Position numbers and translations under genes: made by a program. Shown here piece after piece: positions 33,301 through 45,880 of a DNA stretch of 64,000 nucleotides. The notes beneath the pieces were generated by a model. That model searched no databases and was not told the origin of the DNA. It was given only the letters and a program-made list of their open reading frames with translations. Position 1 is the stretch's first letter. Every line of letters starts with the position of its first letter. The DNA comes from Hyphochytrium catenoides (lineage: Eukaryota; Protista; Hyphochytriomycota), in the NCBI GenBank assembly GCA_900088475.1, contig FLMG01002125.1, positions 40,359 to 104,358 on the forward strand. Reading direction: 5' to 3'.

Positions 33301-36300
33301 GCTTTCCCAAAGTCATTCAAGACTCCAGCAAGAGCTAGAGCACCTTAAGAAGGTAGCGAACAGCGCAGAAGAGGCAAAAGAGAAAGAATATGCTCTACAG
33401 GAAAAGCTACGACTAGCAGAAGTAGAAAGGGACGAAACTCAGGCCAAAGCAGAGGAAGAGGTTCAGGCCCTGAGAAGTCAGCTCGCTCAACTTGCAGCTT
33501 CAGAAGAGAAAGATGCCTCCTTAGAAAGGTTCACTGCAGCTTGTGGTCTCTCCTATTGCGTTAAACTGAGTTCTTGTCGTGGTTTGCAGGCAGCAACGAC
33601 TGAAGAGGTTGGAAGGTGAAGAGAAGCTACGAGAGGAGATAAAAAAGGAGCAAGAGGAGAAGATAGAACAGCTGAGACAAGAAAGTCGAATCTTGCTTGA
33701 GAAAAAGGTAGGCCGAGAGGTCCCTATGCTCTTGTGCTGCCTTGATGCTCCCATGACATCTAAATGCTCGTTCACTTTATATTCCCTAATGTCAAGAATG
33801 AGGAGATTACAGCTTTGGAGTGGAAAATTAAGTCTAGTCACGAGCTCTATGAAGCTGAAGCGAAGTTGACAGAGAGCAAGCTGCAGGAGAGAGAAGTTCA
33901 GTGGCACGCAGAAAGGTCCGTACCTCTGGACTCTACTCTCTCTTCAGTCAGAACCGCTACATCACTCTTGCGGGTGCAAAAGACTCGAGAGTGGTTGCCC
34001 TTTTAGGTGTCTTCTCACGGTCTGCTGGTCCCCTTTCTGGCCGCTACATCACTTCTTGTTACAGGCAGCAGCTCTTCGCTCAAGTAGAACAGGCCAAGAC
34101 CTATTTACAAGAGCTTGCGGACAGGAGCGATGACAATGAAAAGGTTAAGATGAATTTATTCCCTTGTGCTCAAAATGTTTGCATTAGCTCATTTCGATTT
34201 ATCACCCTAATAGCTCCTGAACAGCCCCGTTGCGTTGATGTTCAATATTGTCGGAGCGCATAAGCCTCGCTATCGTGTTACTCTTTTCTGGCCCTGAATC
34301 TCTTCCCTTCCCCATACTGCAGATATCCTTTTTGATTCCTTGATTCCTGATTTTGACCAAACCCAGGTGCTAAAGTTGAAGCAAGAAGTCGACGAATCTC
34401 AAAACAGGATCGTGGAGTTACAAGACAGCTTGACGTGCCGAGAAAAAGACCTGCAAGAAGTAATCGCCAAGCTCTCCATCGAGAATGATGAACTTCGCAA
34501 TCAGCTTCTAGAGACAGAAGAACGCCTTCGCGTGGTCCAGAAAGATGCATCCATGCTGCTCGAAAAGGCCCTCGCGGAGCTGGCGGAGGAGCAAAAGAAG
34601 AAAGAGGAGGAGAGGTCAAAGTGCCAGTTGCTGCAGAAAGAGCTCGAGCTCTCCAAGGGTCATAATGTGTTACAGCTGAAAGCCAGAGCTGATGAGCTGT
34701 CTGAAGTCTCAACTCGGCTGTTACTTGCAGGTAACAGGAGGATTCTAGAGTAGATGCTTTGTTGTGATGCAGTTAGAAGGCAAGGATTGGGTTTGACTAA
34801 GACCTAAAGCTGGACGCAACAGTGATGAGGAAGGATGGTGAAGAAAGGGGAGGGGCAGGAATAATCGCTCAAACAAGTTGTTGAAGTCTGTCAATAACCA
34901 CTAACCAGCTGATTGTCCGATCGGCTTGACTCTTTGATCCAGAGGAGCGAGCGGAAGCCGCCGAAAGAGCTAAGGCAAACGTTATCGAAGAATATTGCCA
35001 GGAGATGGAACGGCTGAAGGGTGAAGCCCAGCAGAAAGCTGAGCATAATGCAGCTATGAAAGAAGTGACGACGGACCTCGAGGAGAAGATTCAAATGCTG
35101 GAGGACAGGCTTCAATCATCACAGGCTGCATCAAGAAGGCTAGAAGAGGTCAGCAACAAAATCTGTGTAGGATGTAAAACTTAGTACCTCCTCTGTCGTG
35201 AGTCTTTGCCCTTTTATCTTTCGGTATGATGTCCTTACCTTCACTAGTTTCGCGTGGTGCGTGGCTAGGGATAACTAATCATTCTACCGTTGTTGCCGTT
35301 TTGGCCCTAGTTGGAGCAGGTAGTAGGTGATATTGACGGCTCCGAGCTGCGCATATGCACCAATCACATCGTCGCCCTCTGCCAAGCTCTGGAACTGCCC
35401 CTTGCTTCTGTATCCAAACTACCTCCCTCGCCGGTGTTGATACACCTAAGAACGGCATTTATGTCCATTCTGGAAGTTAAGCACAAACTGGAGGAAGAAA
35501 TTGAAAGCGAGAAAGAACAACACAAGCATTCTCGCGTTGAAGTCCAGCGGCTGCGTGGAGAGAGGGAGAGCCAGGAGACTAGGATAAGAGAATCAATAGC
35601 TCTCTTGGAGGCCAAAGAGAAGCAAAAAGCAGCGCTTCAAGATCTTCTAAGAGCGAAGGATGAGCACATCAGAAGCTTGATGGCTGACATCAGCCAAACC
35701 CAGGGCGTTTTACACAGGCAGAAGGAAGAGATGAAGAGCGTGACAGAAAAACTGATGAAACTTAATCAAAGCCTTCCTTTCAGTGCCGGAGACCATAGGG
35801 CATCTTCTCCCACTGTTAAGTCAGAGGAAGGAGTAAATCAAAGGTACGGGACTGAGGCCGGAAGCCTGATTGACGCCATCTCTCTGCATTTCAACGCTCT
35901 TCGTCACACCATTCAAGAAATGCAACTCGAAAAAGAGCAAGAATCAGTGAAGATACAGCGACTGCAAAGCCACATTTCCTCGCTGCAAGAGCAAGAGCAG
36001 AAAAGGACGGTGGAGCTTGAATACCATCAGAAGTTCGAGGCCAAAAGAGAACAACCATGGAGGGCGGGAACAGGGGAAGTCAACAGAGCGGATCCTCTGT
36101 TTCGACCTGATTCATCCCCTATTGACGCAACCCATACCACCTCAACTCCTCCATCAGAGGTGAGCTTCCACTTGCCCTCAATGAGCAATCGCTCCTTCGA
36201 TACTCTTCGTCTATTGAGTGGGTCAGGCCAGACCGGGGCTGAAGACGATGATGGGCTCTTCCATTCTCTACGTGAGCAGCTTACCGCCATGAGAGAGCAA

Positions 36301-38371
36301 AACAGCAAGTTAAAGAGGGAACTGGCAGAGAAAGAAGAGAGAGACTTGAACGAGCGAGTACAACGCCAGCGGTACCAGGATGATCATGAAGTTGCCCTAC
36401 ACGTCCTGGAAGACTGTAAGAACTCATTGCGTCAGCTTGAGCAACAGGTTGCTGAGCATAAAGAGCGAATAAGAAAGCATGAGGAGGGTCACCTAGCAAA
36501 GGACACAATCATTAAGGATTTAGAAGGTCCGTGTCGCCAGCTATGTCTCATCTACACCCTCCCCTGCTGCTGTTTCGCTTACTTGGTGTCAGTGTGACCC
36601 AGTATTCATACTCTTTGCAGCCTCTCGTTATTCAGCTTCTTTGTCCAATCACCTCCACTTGCGCTTCGCGTAAGCCATGCTGATCCTGCCCTCCTCTGTC
36701 TGCTTCCCTATCTGCCGGCATCTCCTGTTCTCTTTTTAGCGAAATGCGCCGCGTTGGAAGCGAGTTGGAGAGATAGGGACGTCTCTGCTGCAACAGTGCA
36801 AGAGGCGTTAGCATCATCGGAACAGAAGCGCTTAAACTTGGATAAGGATTTAAAAAGAGAAAGGAGAGAACATAGAGAGGAAACAGAGAGGTTAAAGAAA
36901 GAAATGGAGGAAAGCCTGGAAAAGATGTCAAAAAGGCTTACGCTGGAGAGAGAGGATAGCAAGAAGAACATAGATAAGTTGCTTGCGGAAGTGGCAGCGG
37001 CAGAGACGACTGCCAAGACAGCGAGGGAACGACTCCAAGGAGAAGGTGGGGAGCTGGTCAAGGTCAAGTCATTGCTCAAGGAGCAGACACAGGTTTTAGG
37101 TGAGCTCTTCCGTCTTTCTAGTGTCTCTTATTCGACCTACTGTGACGATATCATACACTCTGCTGCACAATCCGGTTCCATGGTCCCTCGGTGTGGGATG
37201 CATACCTAGCTTCCGTATCGCGCGAAAGGGAGCATTTAAAGATAGAGGTCTCTTCCTTACAATCCGAGCTGCGTCGGCTCCAGGATCAGGTGCGTCTTCC
37301 GAGAAAGTTCGAAGCCAAAGACCACGGTCCTCATGTGGCTGCCTCCTCCGGCTCTCATTTTCTGAACTGTTACGTTAAAATAGTCCTTGAAGCATATCGC
37401 GGAGCTATCAGACACTGAGTCCATGAAGGCTAAGATTGAAAGGCTAGCAGAGGAAAACAGGTTCGTCAGTGCAATGAAGCCGCTCTTGCTTTCTCTCTGC
37501 CAATAAAGGTTGTGACTGCTGCCATACTGACCATCTGTATCAATCTCTAACTCCAAAGATGGTACCAAACCTCCCACGAAAGACTAGTCCTCGCTCTGCG
37601 GGACGCAGAAGTGAAGGAGCTCCATGAGAAGAAGACAAGACAAGCTGCACAGCGAGAAGCAGCTGAAGTATTAGAAAGGCTAATGCAGCTGCAGAGGCAG
37701 CAGACCCAGAGACAAAGACAACTGCAGGAGATTGAGCGTATGAAGGACGAGAACTTTGCTAGGCTGGAAAAAGATCTCAGGTTAGCTATGTCATGAACCT
37801 CAGCTTCCGCCCGCCCGCCATCTCGTGATCAAGACCGTCGTTGCTACGTCTTACCCAACTATCTATGTTCACCTTTTCTCTGCGACTGATGGGTCTCGGA
37901 TAACCACTCAATTCGACGATAATGGTCTCCAACCATCTTATCTCTAACGCCGTGTGCAGTCCCACACGGCTAGCGCCCGCGCCATTGTCTGTCTAGTGCT
38001 TGCATCATTATATTGGTCCGCTTCTTTCTCTCTTGCCATTTCTAACAGAGTGCCCCTTCGCAACATCCTTCGTTGTATATAGAAACCGCGTCTCTGAGCT
38101 CGAAGATAGGCTTCTGGGCCTCCTAAAACACAACCCAGCTGACATCAGCTACAAGCGGCCTTATGAAAGCATCCTCACTTCGGAAGAGAGGCAGAGAAGG
38201 GATAGACAAAACGCTGATGAAGAGGAGGCAAAGGAGGAGCTTCTGTACATGTTAGCCACGGCCCAACAGGAGGTCAAGCGAGAGAAGGCTCTTGGTCGAG
38301 AACCAAGCGAGCACACACTAGAGCACATCCGTCATATTAGGAACGCGTTGAGAAAGCTCGGTCACAGATGA
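30322..38371 (+). CDS. Large multi-exon coiled-coil protein (golgin/centrosomal-like)
   Basis: Start MDPRRLELLEAGRRK | LNKYREKQ; Ser/Pro-rich linker; many E/K/Q/L heptad-rich exons (31593-33023, 33278, 34340, 35311-36597, 36754, 37611, 38000-38371) bounded by GT-AG. Could be more than one gene. Confidence 0.75.
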
Positions 38372-38862
38372 TCTTATAAGGCCGCCAGTGATATTGCGTA
38401 TTGCTCTATAATTTCTGCTAAGGTTGTGCACCTGAGATGGAGAGTGGGCGGCGTTGGACGCCTCACACCTCCGACCAATCATGACATATTTATTAGTAAT
38501 ACACTGGATGGAAGAGTCAGCAAGTTCAAACGTAAAGCCCTACTACTGTCCCGCCCTTCCAACTACCTGTTCCCTGCTAAGCTTTCCCGCAGTCAGAAGG
38601 TCGTCGCCCCTGTGCACACTGGGTCCTTTTGGCCTCAATCATGTATGAGTCGTAAGCTATAGGGTCCCTACCTCTTGGTTTAGCCTGACCACATGCAGCT
38701 CTTACTGAAAGGTAACTCATAAGAGTGTAGGATCCATGAAAACTCTGAAGCTGTAGAAGAGGTACTATCTATCTTCATTCACTTCTGAGTAAAGCGTACC
38801 CATTTTGCAGCTTTCGCATCAAGTAAAGGTTCTAGGTCTTCACTCTTCGTTCGGGGTTTTGG

Positions 38863-40637
38863 CTACTTGGTGAAAACATAAATAGGTCTTCTGAAGCCCT
38901 TAGTCTCCGTGTCTGGCGGCTCGATTTTCTGCATGGTTTTGAAGCCAATCTCCTTGACCAGAAAGTTTGGGAACTGATCAGGTCGTAACTTGATCTTATG
39001 AAAGTTCTCTTTGGTAACCTGATACAAGACATAAAAGGAGAAGATGACTCAAGGCAACAGGGGCTTTCTGTTTCTGTGCCTACGAGAAGACAATTCATGT
39101 AGCTCCCAACACTCGGTAATGATACACTCCCCACATCAAAGCTAACGGAGGACAACGTAGCAGCAGAGAAAAGAGACCCTTCTGAGCCTGCTCTCTGTTT
39201 GTACCGGATGTCACCAGTTGACTACGTCTTACCTCAGAAAGGGAATATTTCTTCTTATAGGACTTCCATGGCTGGGGCTCTAATATAAGGTGACCTCCTG
39301 GTTGAAGGAGCTGGTAAGTCTCTCTAAAGAGAGCTCGAATCCCTTCATCGCCATACTGCAGATGGACCCACTTTGTGACACTAAGACTGTGTTAACAGAA
39401 GAAAGGTTAGGCGATCCACTCTTGGAACATTGCGGAAATGTCGGAACCGAGACTCCAGCCTACGGACGGTCAATGACTGTGGTGAGGCACCAGAGCAAAG
39501 ATAACCAGCTACCATTGCACCAGTGATGAAAGATTAGTTCTAATTCAATGTCAAAGACGTGACAGAGTAGTCCAGTAAGCGCCGACCAAAGGGTAACGGT
39601 ACCAAGTGATAACGTCATAAGCAAAGCCCTGATGCTGGCCAGAAATAATATCCTCTCTTTTAAAGACTACATTGAATGGATAGTCCGTAGGGAGTTTGCT
39701 CGGTGCCCTGTCAGAGAAATTAAATTGGTGTCTATAATAACGTTACGCTTGTGCAAAACAGAGAAGCAGGAACTGCACAGACATTAGCAGCATGGGAAAC
39801 CTACCCTTGCAGCAGTGAAAGTGAGACCATTACCAATAACGCTATGAGCACAGAGAAAGAAGCAATTTAGCATGGCTTAGATGCAAATGCTGGAGGATAG
39901 GATGGGAGTGTTGGAGCCCGATGCCGTAGATAGAACTTCGAAAGCAGGAAAGACAGTACCAAAGGGTCGACACAGGTCTTGTTCAATGAACCTGAGGACT
40001 ACTATTCGTACCTGAGCTCGGCAGCTGTCGCAAAGCGCCTTTCTTCAAGCTTCCGCACCACAGACCGAGCACGGTTTATGAGGTCTCTGTCCACATCAAT
40101 GGCAACAAGATAACGGGGTTGTAGCTCTCGAGCTGCTTGATGTTCGGAATAAAAGCAAAGGTAAAGGTGCAGAAGATCGCATCAGTACCAATACTGCTAG
40201 AGACCAACTTTGCCGCGGAAGTCGATATGTATTCTTCGGAGACAGACCGACGGTATCATAGATGACAAGATTCAGTGATGTACCTATCTGAAGTGTTACG
40301 AGGCCTGTGTTACAGCCGATATCCAAACACTTTTTGCCCTTGAACCAGCTGATTTTGAAGCAGCCTACTCTCGGGTCTCGCAACAGAGCGGGATTGCCCT
40401 TCCCTAACCTGTACCCGTAATACCTGCAGAAGATATACTTCAGTTTGCCCTCGTTGACTAGCTGGGCTACAGAGATTGGGTGTACCTGCCATAATTTCCT
40501 GAGAAGACTGACTTCTTTGTGTCTGAGCCATCTTCAAGGTGAGCAACGTCTGGTCCAATGCTTTTGACGCTATCAAGCTTTCTACCCTTCACCGCTCCTG
40601 ATTCTTCATTGCCGTTGCTAAGCTTCCTTTTCCCCAT
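38863..40637 (-). CDS. MEPCE: RNA 5'-methylphosphate capping enzyme, Bin3/MePCE family (spliced)
   Basis: MGKRKL...FSGNYGR | YYGYR...RDPRVGCFKISWFKGKKCLDIGCNTGLVTLQI | ...YPFNVVF...YDVITC | ...KWVHLQYGDEGIRALF...LQPGGHLILEPQPWKSYKKK | ...KGFRRPIYVFTK*. Confidence 0.9.
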
Positions 40638-41153
40638 TGTTGGTCAATAGAAAGACATGTGCGCTCTCAACAGAATCTTCGTAAATGACCTTGACCGATC
40701 GTCTCGATAAAGACACTTAAGAGATCTGAATTGAATAAGAAGATCAGAAAACGAGATTCGTAAAACCTCACACACTTCCCTGATGATAGAGTACTGTGCC
40801 CAATGATTCTGAGTTAGAGTTGAGTAAGCTGTTGCTTTGACTGTATTAGTGGGAGGTCATGATGTAGTGAGTTTGGTAGCAAGGTGTGTGAATCACGTGT
40901 TGATCTTCATACCACAGCCTCTTGTAGAAGCCTGTCACTCTGGAAAAAGCGCAATGACGCGCAAGGATCAAGACTGCAGACTGCCGTCACACTCTTTGCA
41001 TTGGAGCTTAAATAGGCCCTGCTGTGGTTAATGTTTATCCGTTATTGTCATCTAAACGCTCACTATGAGAGGATGTGCTTGTATGGGTAGGGAGAACGGT
41101 GGAGGATGATTCAGGTTCGCAACGAGCCGGACGAAGGTCACTAGCTTGCTCCA

Positions 41154-44100
41154 ATGCAGGTTGAGAAGGCTGCCGGAGTCTTTCAGCTTCAGATAGAAGT
41201 TCTGGGCTTTCGCGCTCTTGCATCCCGGTACCCTGCCGAACGGAGGTCTAGAGGATGGGAGCGTTTTGCAAAACGAGACTTTCACTCTATCTGTAACCGG
41301 CAGACCTTTTATCATCATGGTCAACGGACAAAGAAGCGTGGTTTCCCCGCAGTGTCACGATTGAATGGAGCCTTGCTTTCAGAAGGGATCTTAGAAAAGG
41401 CCCATCACCCGTGTTCAACCCAAACTTTGCCGCGTCCCAGCTCCTTCAAAACTTGGTGTTTTACATATGCTCCGTTCCCTTCCACCGCTACCTCCAACGG
41501 TGCCCCTACCACTGCGATATGTCAGAAACAAGCGTCTAGGACACTGAAGGAGGTCATCTGGGATGGATGGGATGAGCCTTACCGCGGAGATCTTCTGGAC
41601 CTAGATGAACATGAAACGGAGGCGGAAGAAGATAGGCACGCCGCAGAGGTTGCTTCACTGCTGAAGGAGGAGAACCTCTATTTCCAAGGTATCCCTATTA
41701 CGGAGGCAAGGACACGCTACCGCCAGCTTATCAGAGAATTTCCAGAGAGCCTTACCTTGTGGAGAAAGTGGGCACAGCATGTATGATGATGGAAGCCTCC
41801 CCTCTCTTGTTCTCCAACTCAGGCTTGACTGTATGTGGTTGACAATAGTTCCGCTATGAGATCGATGGAACTTGTTATCCTCTGTGGACGGCCTCTTCCC
41901 AGTGGATGTATAAGGACCTCCCCTTCCTTCCATTTTCTTACTCTTCTTCCCTTACCTTCATCGTACAGGAGGCGAAAACAGGTAATCTGGAAGTTGCTCG
42001 AGCTATGCTACGGCAGGCTAGTCGCATCAATCTTCGAAGCGCCGGAATATGGATGGTAAGGCCTTTAAGAGACCACAATGAAGAAAATGTTGAGCGAGAA
42101 GAGATGTAGGCCCAACGCGAAACAGAAAAATAGAGTGGAGGGCTTCTTGTGGACGTGGCAAACTTCTTTTAACTTGTCGTGAACCACCTAGGACTTGGCA
42201 AGGATTGAACTCTGCGATCATAACCCAAACTTGGCTCGAAAGTACCTCGCCATAGTGCTCAAGTTCCATCCCACACACTTTCAGGCACTTCAAGGTACAA
42301 ACAAGCTCTGGCAATTGCGCTCTTCGTAAACTCTTGCGTTCTCGTTCGTCAGCCACCCACTTTTGTCTTACTAGTGTCATCCCTTAATCCCACTCTCGGC
42401 TAGTCGCGCAGTCTCTCTGCCTGAGTATTTACCCGCACGTGGGTGAAATCCCTAGAGCCCTAGAAACGTAGTCCGTCCTTATTGGGAATCCAAGACTTGC
42501 TTGGCGGCGAGCCGTGTACTAACTACTTTTATATCTTGATACTTGCATAAGCCTTCGCGCTTTTGGAGCTCAGAGATGGCAGGCTTGACCGTGCACGGCA
42601 AGTAGATGAAATGACGGTGGTACCCAAACGTATTTCACCTTATTAATCTGCGCTTTCTGGGGCAGGAGGCTTCTGAAATGTCTGGTTGAGTTATACCCAG
42701 ATGACGTCTTTGGTAAGGCGGTACGTCTTCATTTACAAAAGACATCCTCAGAGCCATGTATAAGTGTCCATTTTAGGCATTGGCACTCGCGGATTTTAGA
42801 GCCACAGATTTTGAGCCGGCCCTAGCGACCTTGAGGGAATGCCTTGCATCTTCTCCCTCGGTTGTATGGCTATGGAAGGTAAATGTGCTGAGACAGGGAA
42901 ATAAAGTAGGGTCAATTCTTACTCCTAGTTCATTCGTAGGCGTTACTAGAGTTAGAGACTAGATGTGCCGGCATAGAGGAAGCGAGGAAGACGTATCAAG
43001 ACGCTTTGTGGCGGGTGCTTCCTGCGAAACGGCGGTCCCTAATGATGGTAAGCGATCTGTATAATGCAGCCTTGAAATGTGCGTCAAACTGAAGCCTTAT
43101 TAATTCCTCGTAGGCTATGTCGGACATAGAATATTACCATGGAAACACAACCGTCGGCTACGGTATCTTTATGGAAGGTTGGGATAGTTCTATTCTCACT
43201 CCATTTGAGACTCTCTCCCACCACCCAGACTTATTGAGTTCCTTAGCAACCACCAAATGGCCATCTGAGACAGAACTATGGACTGCTTGGGCTCAGCATG
43301 AGCTTCTTGCTGGCAATGACAAGGAGGCAGAAAGAATCTTCCATAGGGGACTCGAGAGAGCGTCAAATAGGGACGTAGTTCAAAGAGTCAGTCACCAATC
43401 TTCTCATCGCAGCATTCGTCATCATACGCTAAGTCGAATTGTGATAGACTTACAGCAGATATCTCCAAGAACGAGAGAGAAGAGGTTGGAGTCGGCGTCT
43501 CGAGGACAGCGCAGCTGGAAACCCCTATAATAATGTAAGCTAAGCCCCATGGGCTGAGAGAGAGCTTCGGAAGAGTGAAAGGTTCAATAGAGCAGGAGAC
43601 ATACTTGGTGTCTAAGAAGATGAACGAATTTGGCATACTCTAGTGACCTTTATCAATCGCATTTCCAGGTACGCCAAGGGCCAACAAGCAAGAACGGCTA
43701 CGTCGCGGTAGGGCATGTTTGCATTTCTAAGCGTTTGCCATTTGTGGCCTTGTCGTCGCTCGTGATCATGCGATAAAGCTAATGGTAACAGACAGGGGAA
43801 GTTTTCGAAAAGTATGTCGAAATGGTCGTCAGTTGGGCCAACAAAGAGGTCGCTCGAGGCTTTCCAGCACCTCCAAAGGAGTTAGATCAACCGCTAGGAA
43901 AGCTTTCACCAGCAGCTGAAGAACAAAAGGTGCGAGAGCTACTTTAGTTTTCGTTACGTATCCATGGCCCAGGTCTTTTTTCTTCCTTCCTGCTCAGGTC
44001 CGCTTGGATCAACGGCTCGAAGAGCAATCTAACTTTGACGTGACAAAAGCGCCACGTATATTGGAGCCCAGTGATCGCCATGTCGAGAACAGGTAAGCGA

Positions 44101-45514
44101 GATTAGCTGGCAAACAGGAGAGGCTTGTAGTTCTCAACGAGGGGTCCTGTCACTCTCTCTTAATAGGCCCCAAGTCCAGCCTAAGCAGGTGCTGGAAATA
44201 ATAGAAAGCTTATTAAAGGTAATTGAAATTTACGTTGTCGTGATCCCACAGTCGGCGTGACCACCAGTGTATCCCGTGTTAGAGTACCATCTCCGAACTT
44301 TAAACGTCTTATGCGGTTGCAGGACGTAACAGAAGTCTCTGCAAGACGCTATCTAACAATTCAGAAGGCGCGGTACCAAACGCAAATGGGACGCAGATCG
44401 GACGCAGCAGCGACCTTGCGTTCTCTCTTGGAGTTCGAAGAATCTTTTGAGGCGCGTGCCATGTTGGCAAGGGTTCTTTTCGCCCTTGACAAGGTGGCTG
44501 AAGCGCTGGAGGAGGTAGTGAGGGTGAAGGAGAGTCTTGGCACTCCACAGTTCCCCGCTAGGAATGCACGGTCGTTACTTCTAGCAGACCAATGGGCAAC
44601 CTCATTGAAAGAGAGGCTTATCGTTCAGAAGGTCATATCTGCTAACGAAAGGTGAGAGCACCTTTTACAGTCTTGACTTGCAGAACTTAGAGGGCCCTCC
44701 TTCTACTACTAGAAGCGGATTCTAAGTGCCTTTTTTTCCATCGTCAACGATCTGGTCTCGATGAGCCTTTACAAATGAATACCTGTCTGTTGTAGGGCCA
44801 TTCGTTATTTAACATCCGCTCCAGAAGAGAGCATCTCAATAACAAGTGCTGCAATCGTAGCGGCTCGTCAGGTAATGGGCTCTGCACTGGTGGGCACCCG
44901 ATAGTTCTACTACCCATGCCAGTATAATGCACTTTATGCCTCATTTTATTTGCCAAGAGACGTTCGGCCCAAGACTTGTTCATTCTTTGTTGGCGCTCAA
45001 GCTCTCATTGGAACTTAAATAACCTTACCGTGACACCCCCTTGAAATCGTGCATCCTAGGTCAATGAAGAGCTCCAAGGATCAGTAAGCCAAAAGAGCTC
45101 TCGGAAGGCTCTATCGGTGCTGCTTACGACACGAGGCCTGGCGTATCTAGAGGTAGTCCTTTTGCTAGAGTTTGCAACAAATCCTAATGTGCTCGTTCGT
45201 CTTTAGTCATAACTCGTTATTTCAAGCCTTTGTACTGCTCGTCAAGGCTCTGCCTGTTCGGGCCAAAACTAAGCTGGCTGGTGTCTCCACAAACTTAGAT
45301 GAAGCTGTACAACCAGGCAACGAAAGACCTGCAAAGAGCTCTCCATCTTGAAGAAAATCAGTTCTCTCGTTATTTCTTGGGAGAAGCCCTCCTTCTTGGC
45401 GGACAGCAGAAGCCTGGCATCGCGACGTTCCTCACCTTGCAGCGTAATGCTGGACAAGGGCTATATAGGGGTTACATCCCAACGAACTTCGGACAAAGGC
45501 ATAGGCAGACGTGA
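41154..45514 (+). CDS. HAT/TPR-repeat helical protein (intron-rich; start uncertain)
   Basis: Exons encode HAT-like units: EARTRYRQLIREFPESLTLWRKWAQH | EAKTGNLEVARAMLRQAS; ELWTAWAQHELLAGNDKEAERIFHRGLERA; C-terminal TPR RGLAYLE | MKLYNQATKDLQRALHLE. Confidence 0.7.
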
Positions 45515-45880
45515 CCGATAACTCGAGCTTATTTGTCTCTCTAAGTCTAGTGCTTTGAAGGAATGGGGGCCCTGACCTTCACATAACGTTCTCCGATCGC
45601 CTAATAAATAAGGAAGCAAGCAGTCAGACAGCCATCCAAACCTGTTGACAGTACTCGCTAGCCGGGCTAAGGTGAGGGAAGAAGAGGGAAGTCAGACTTG
45701 AACACCAACATGGGAAGATAGCTGCTGGAGGGGCTGGGAAGACTATTATAAATCGCGATGAAAAAGCGGCTGTCAGATGCATGCAGTAGAACGGGCCTTC
45801 TCAATTAGAGGTCGGAACCACCCAAGAATCCAACGAGGCCATTAAGAATCGGACTCTAGCGCTGCCATCCTCTACCTTAC

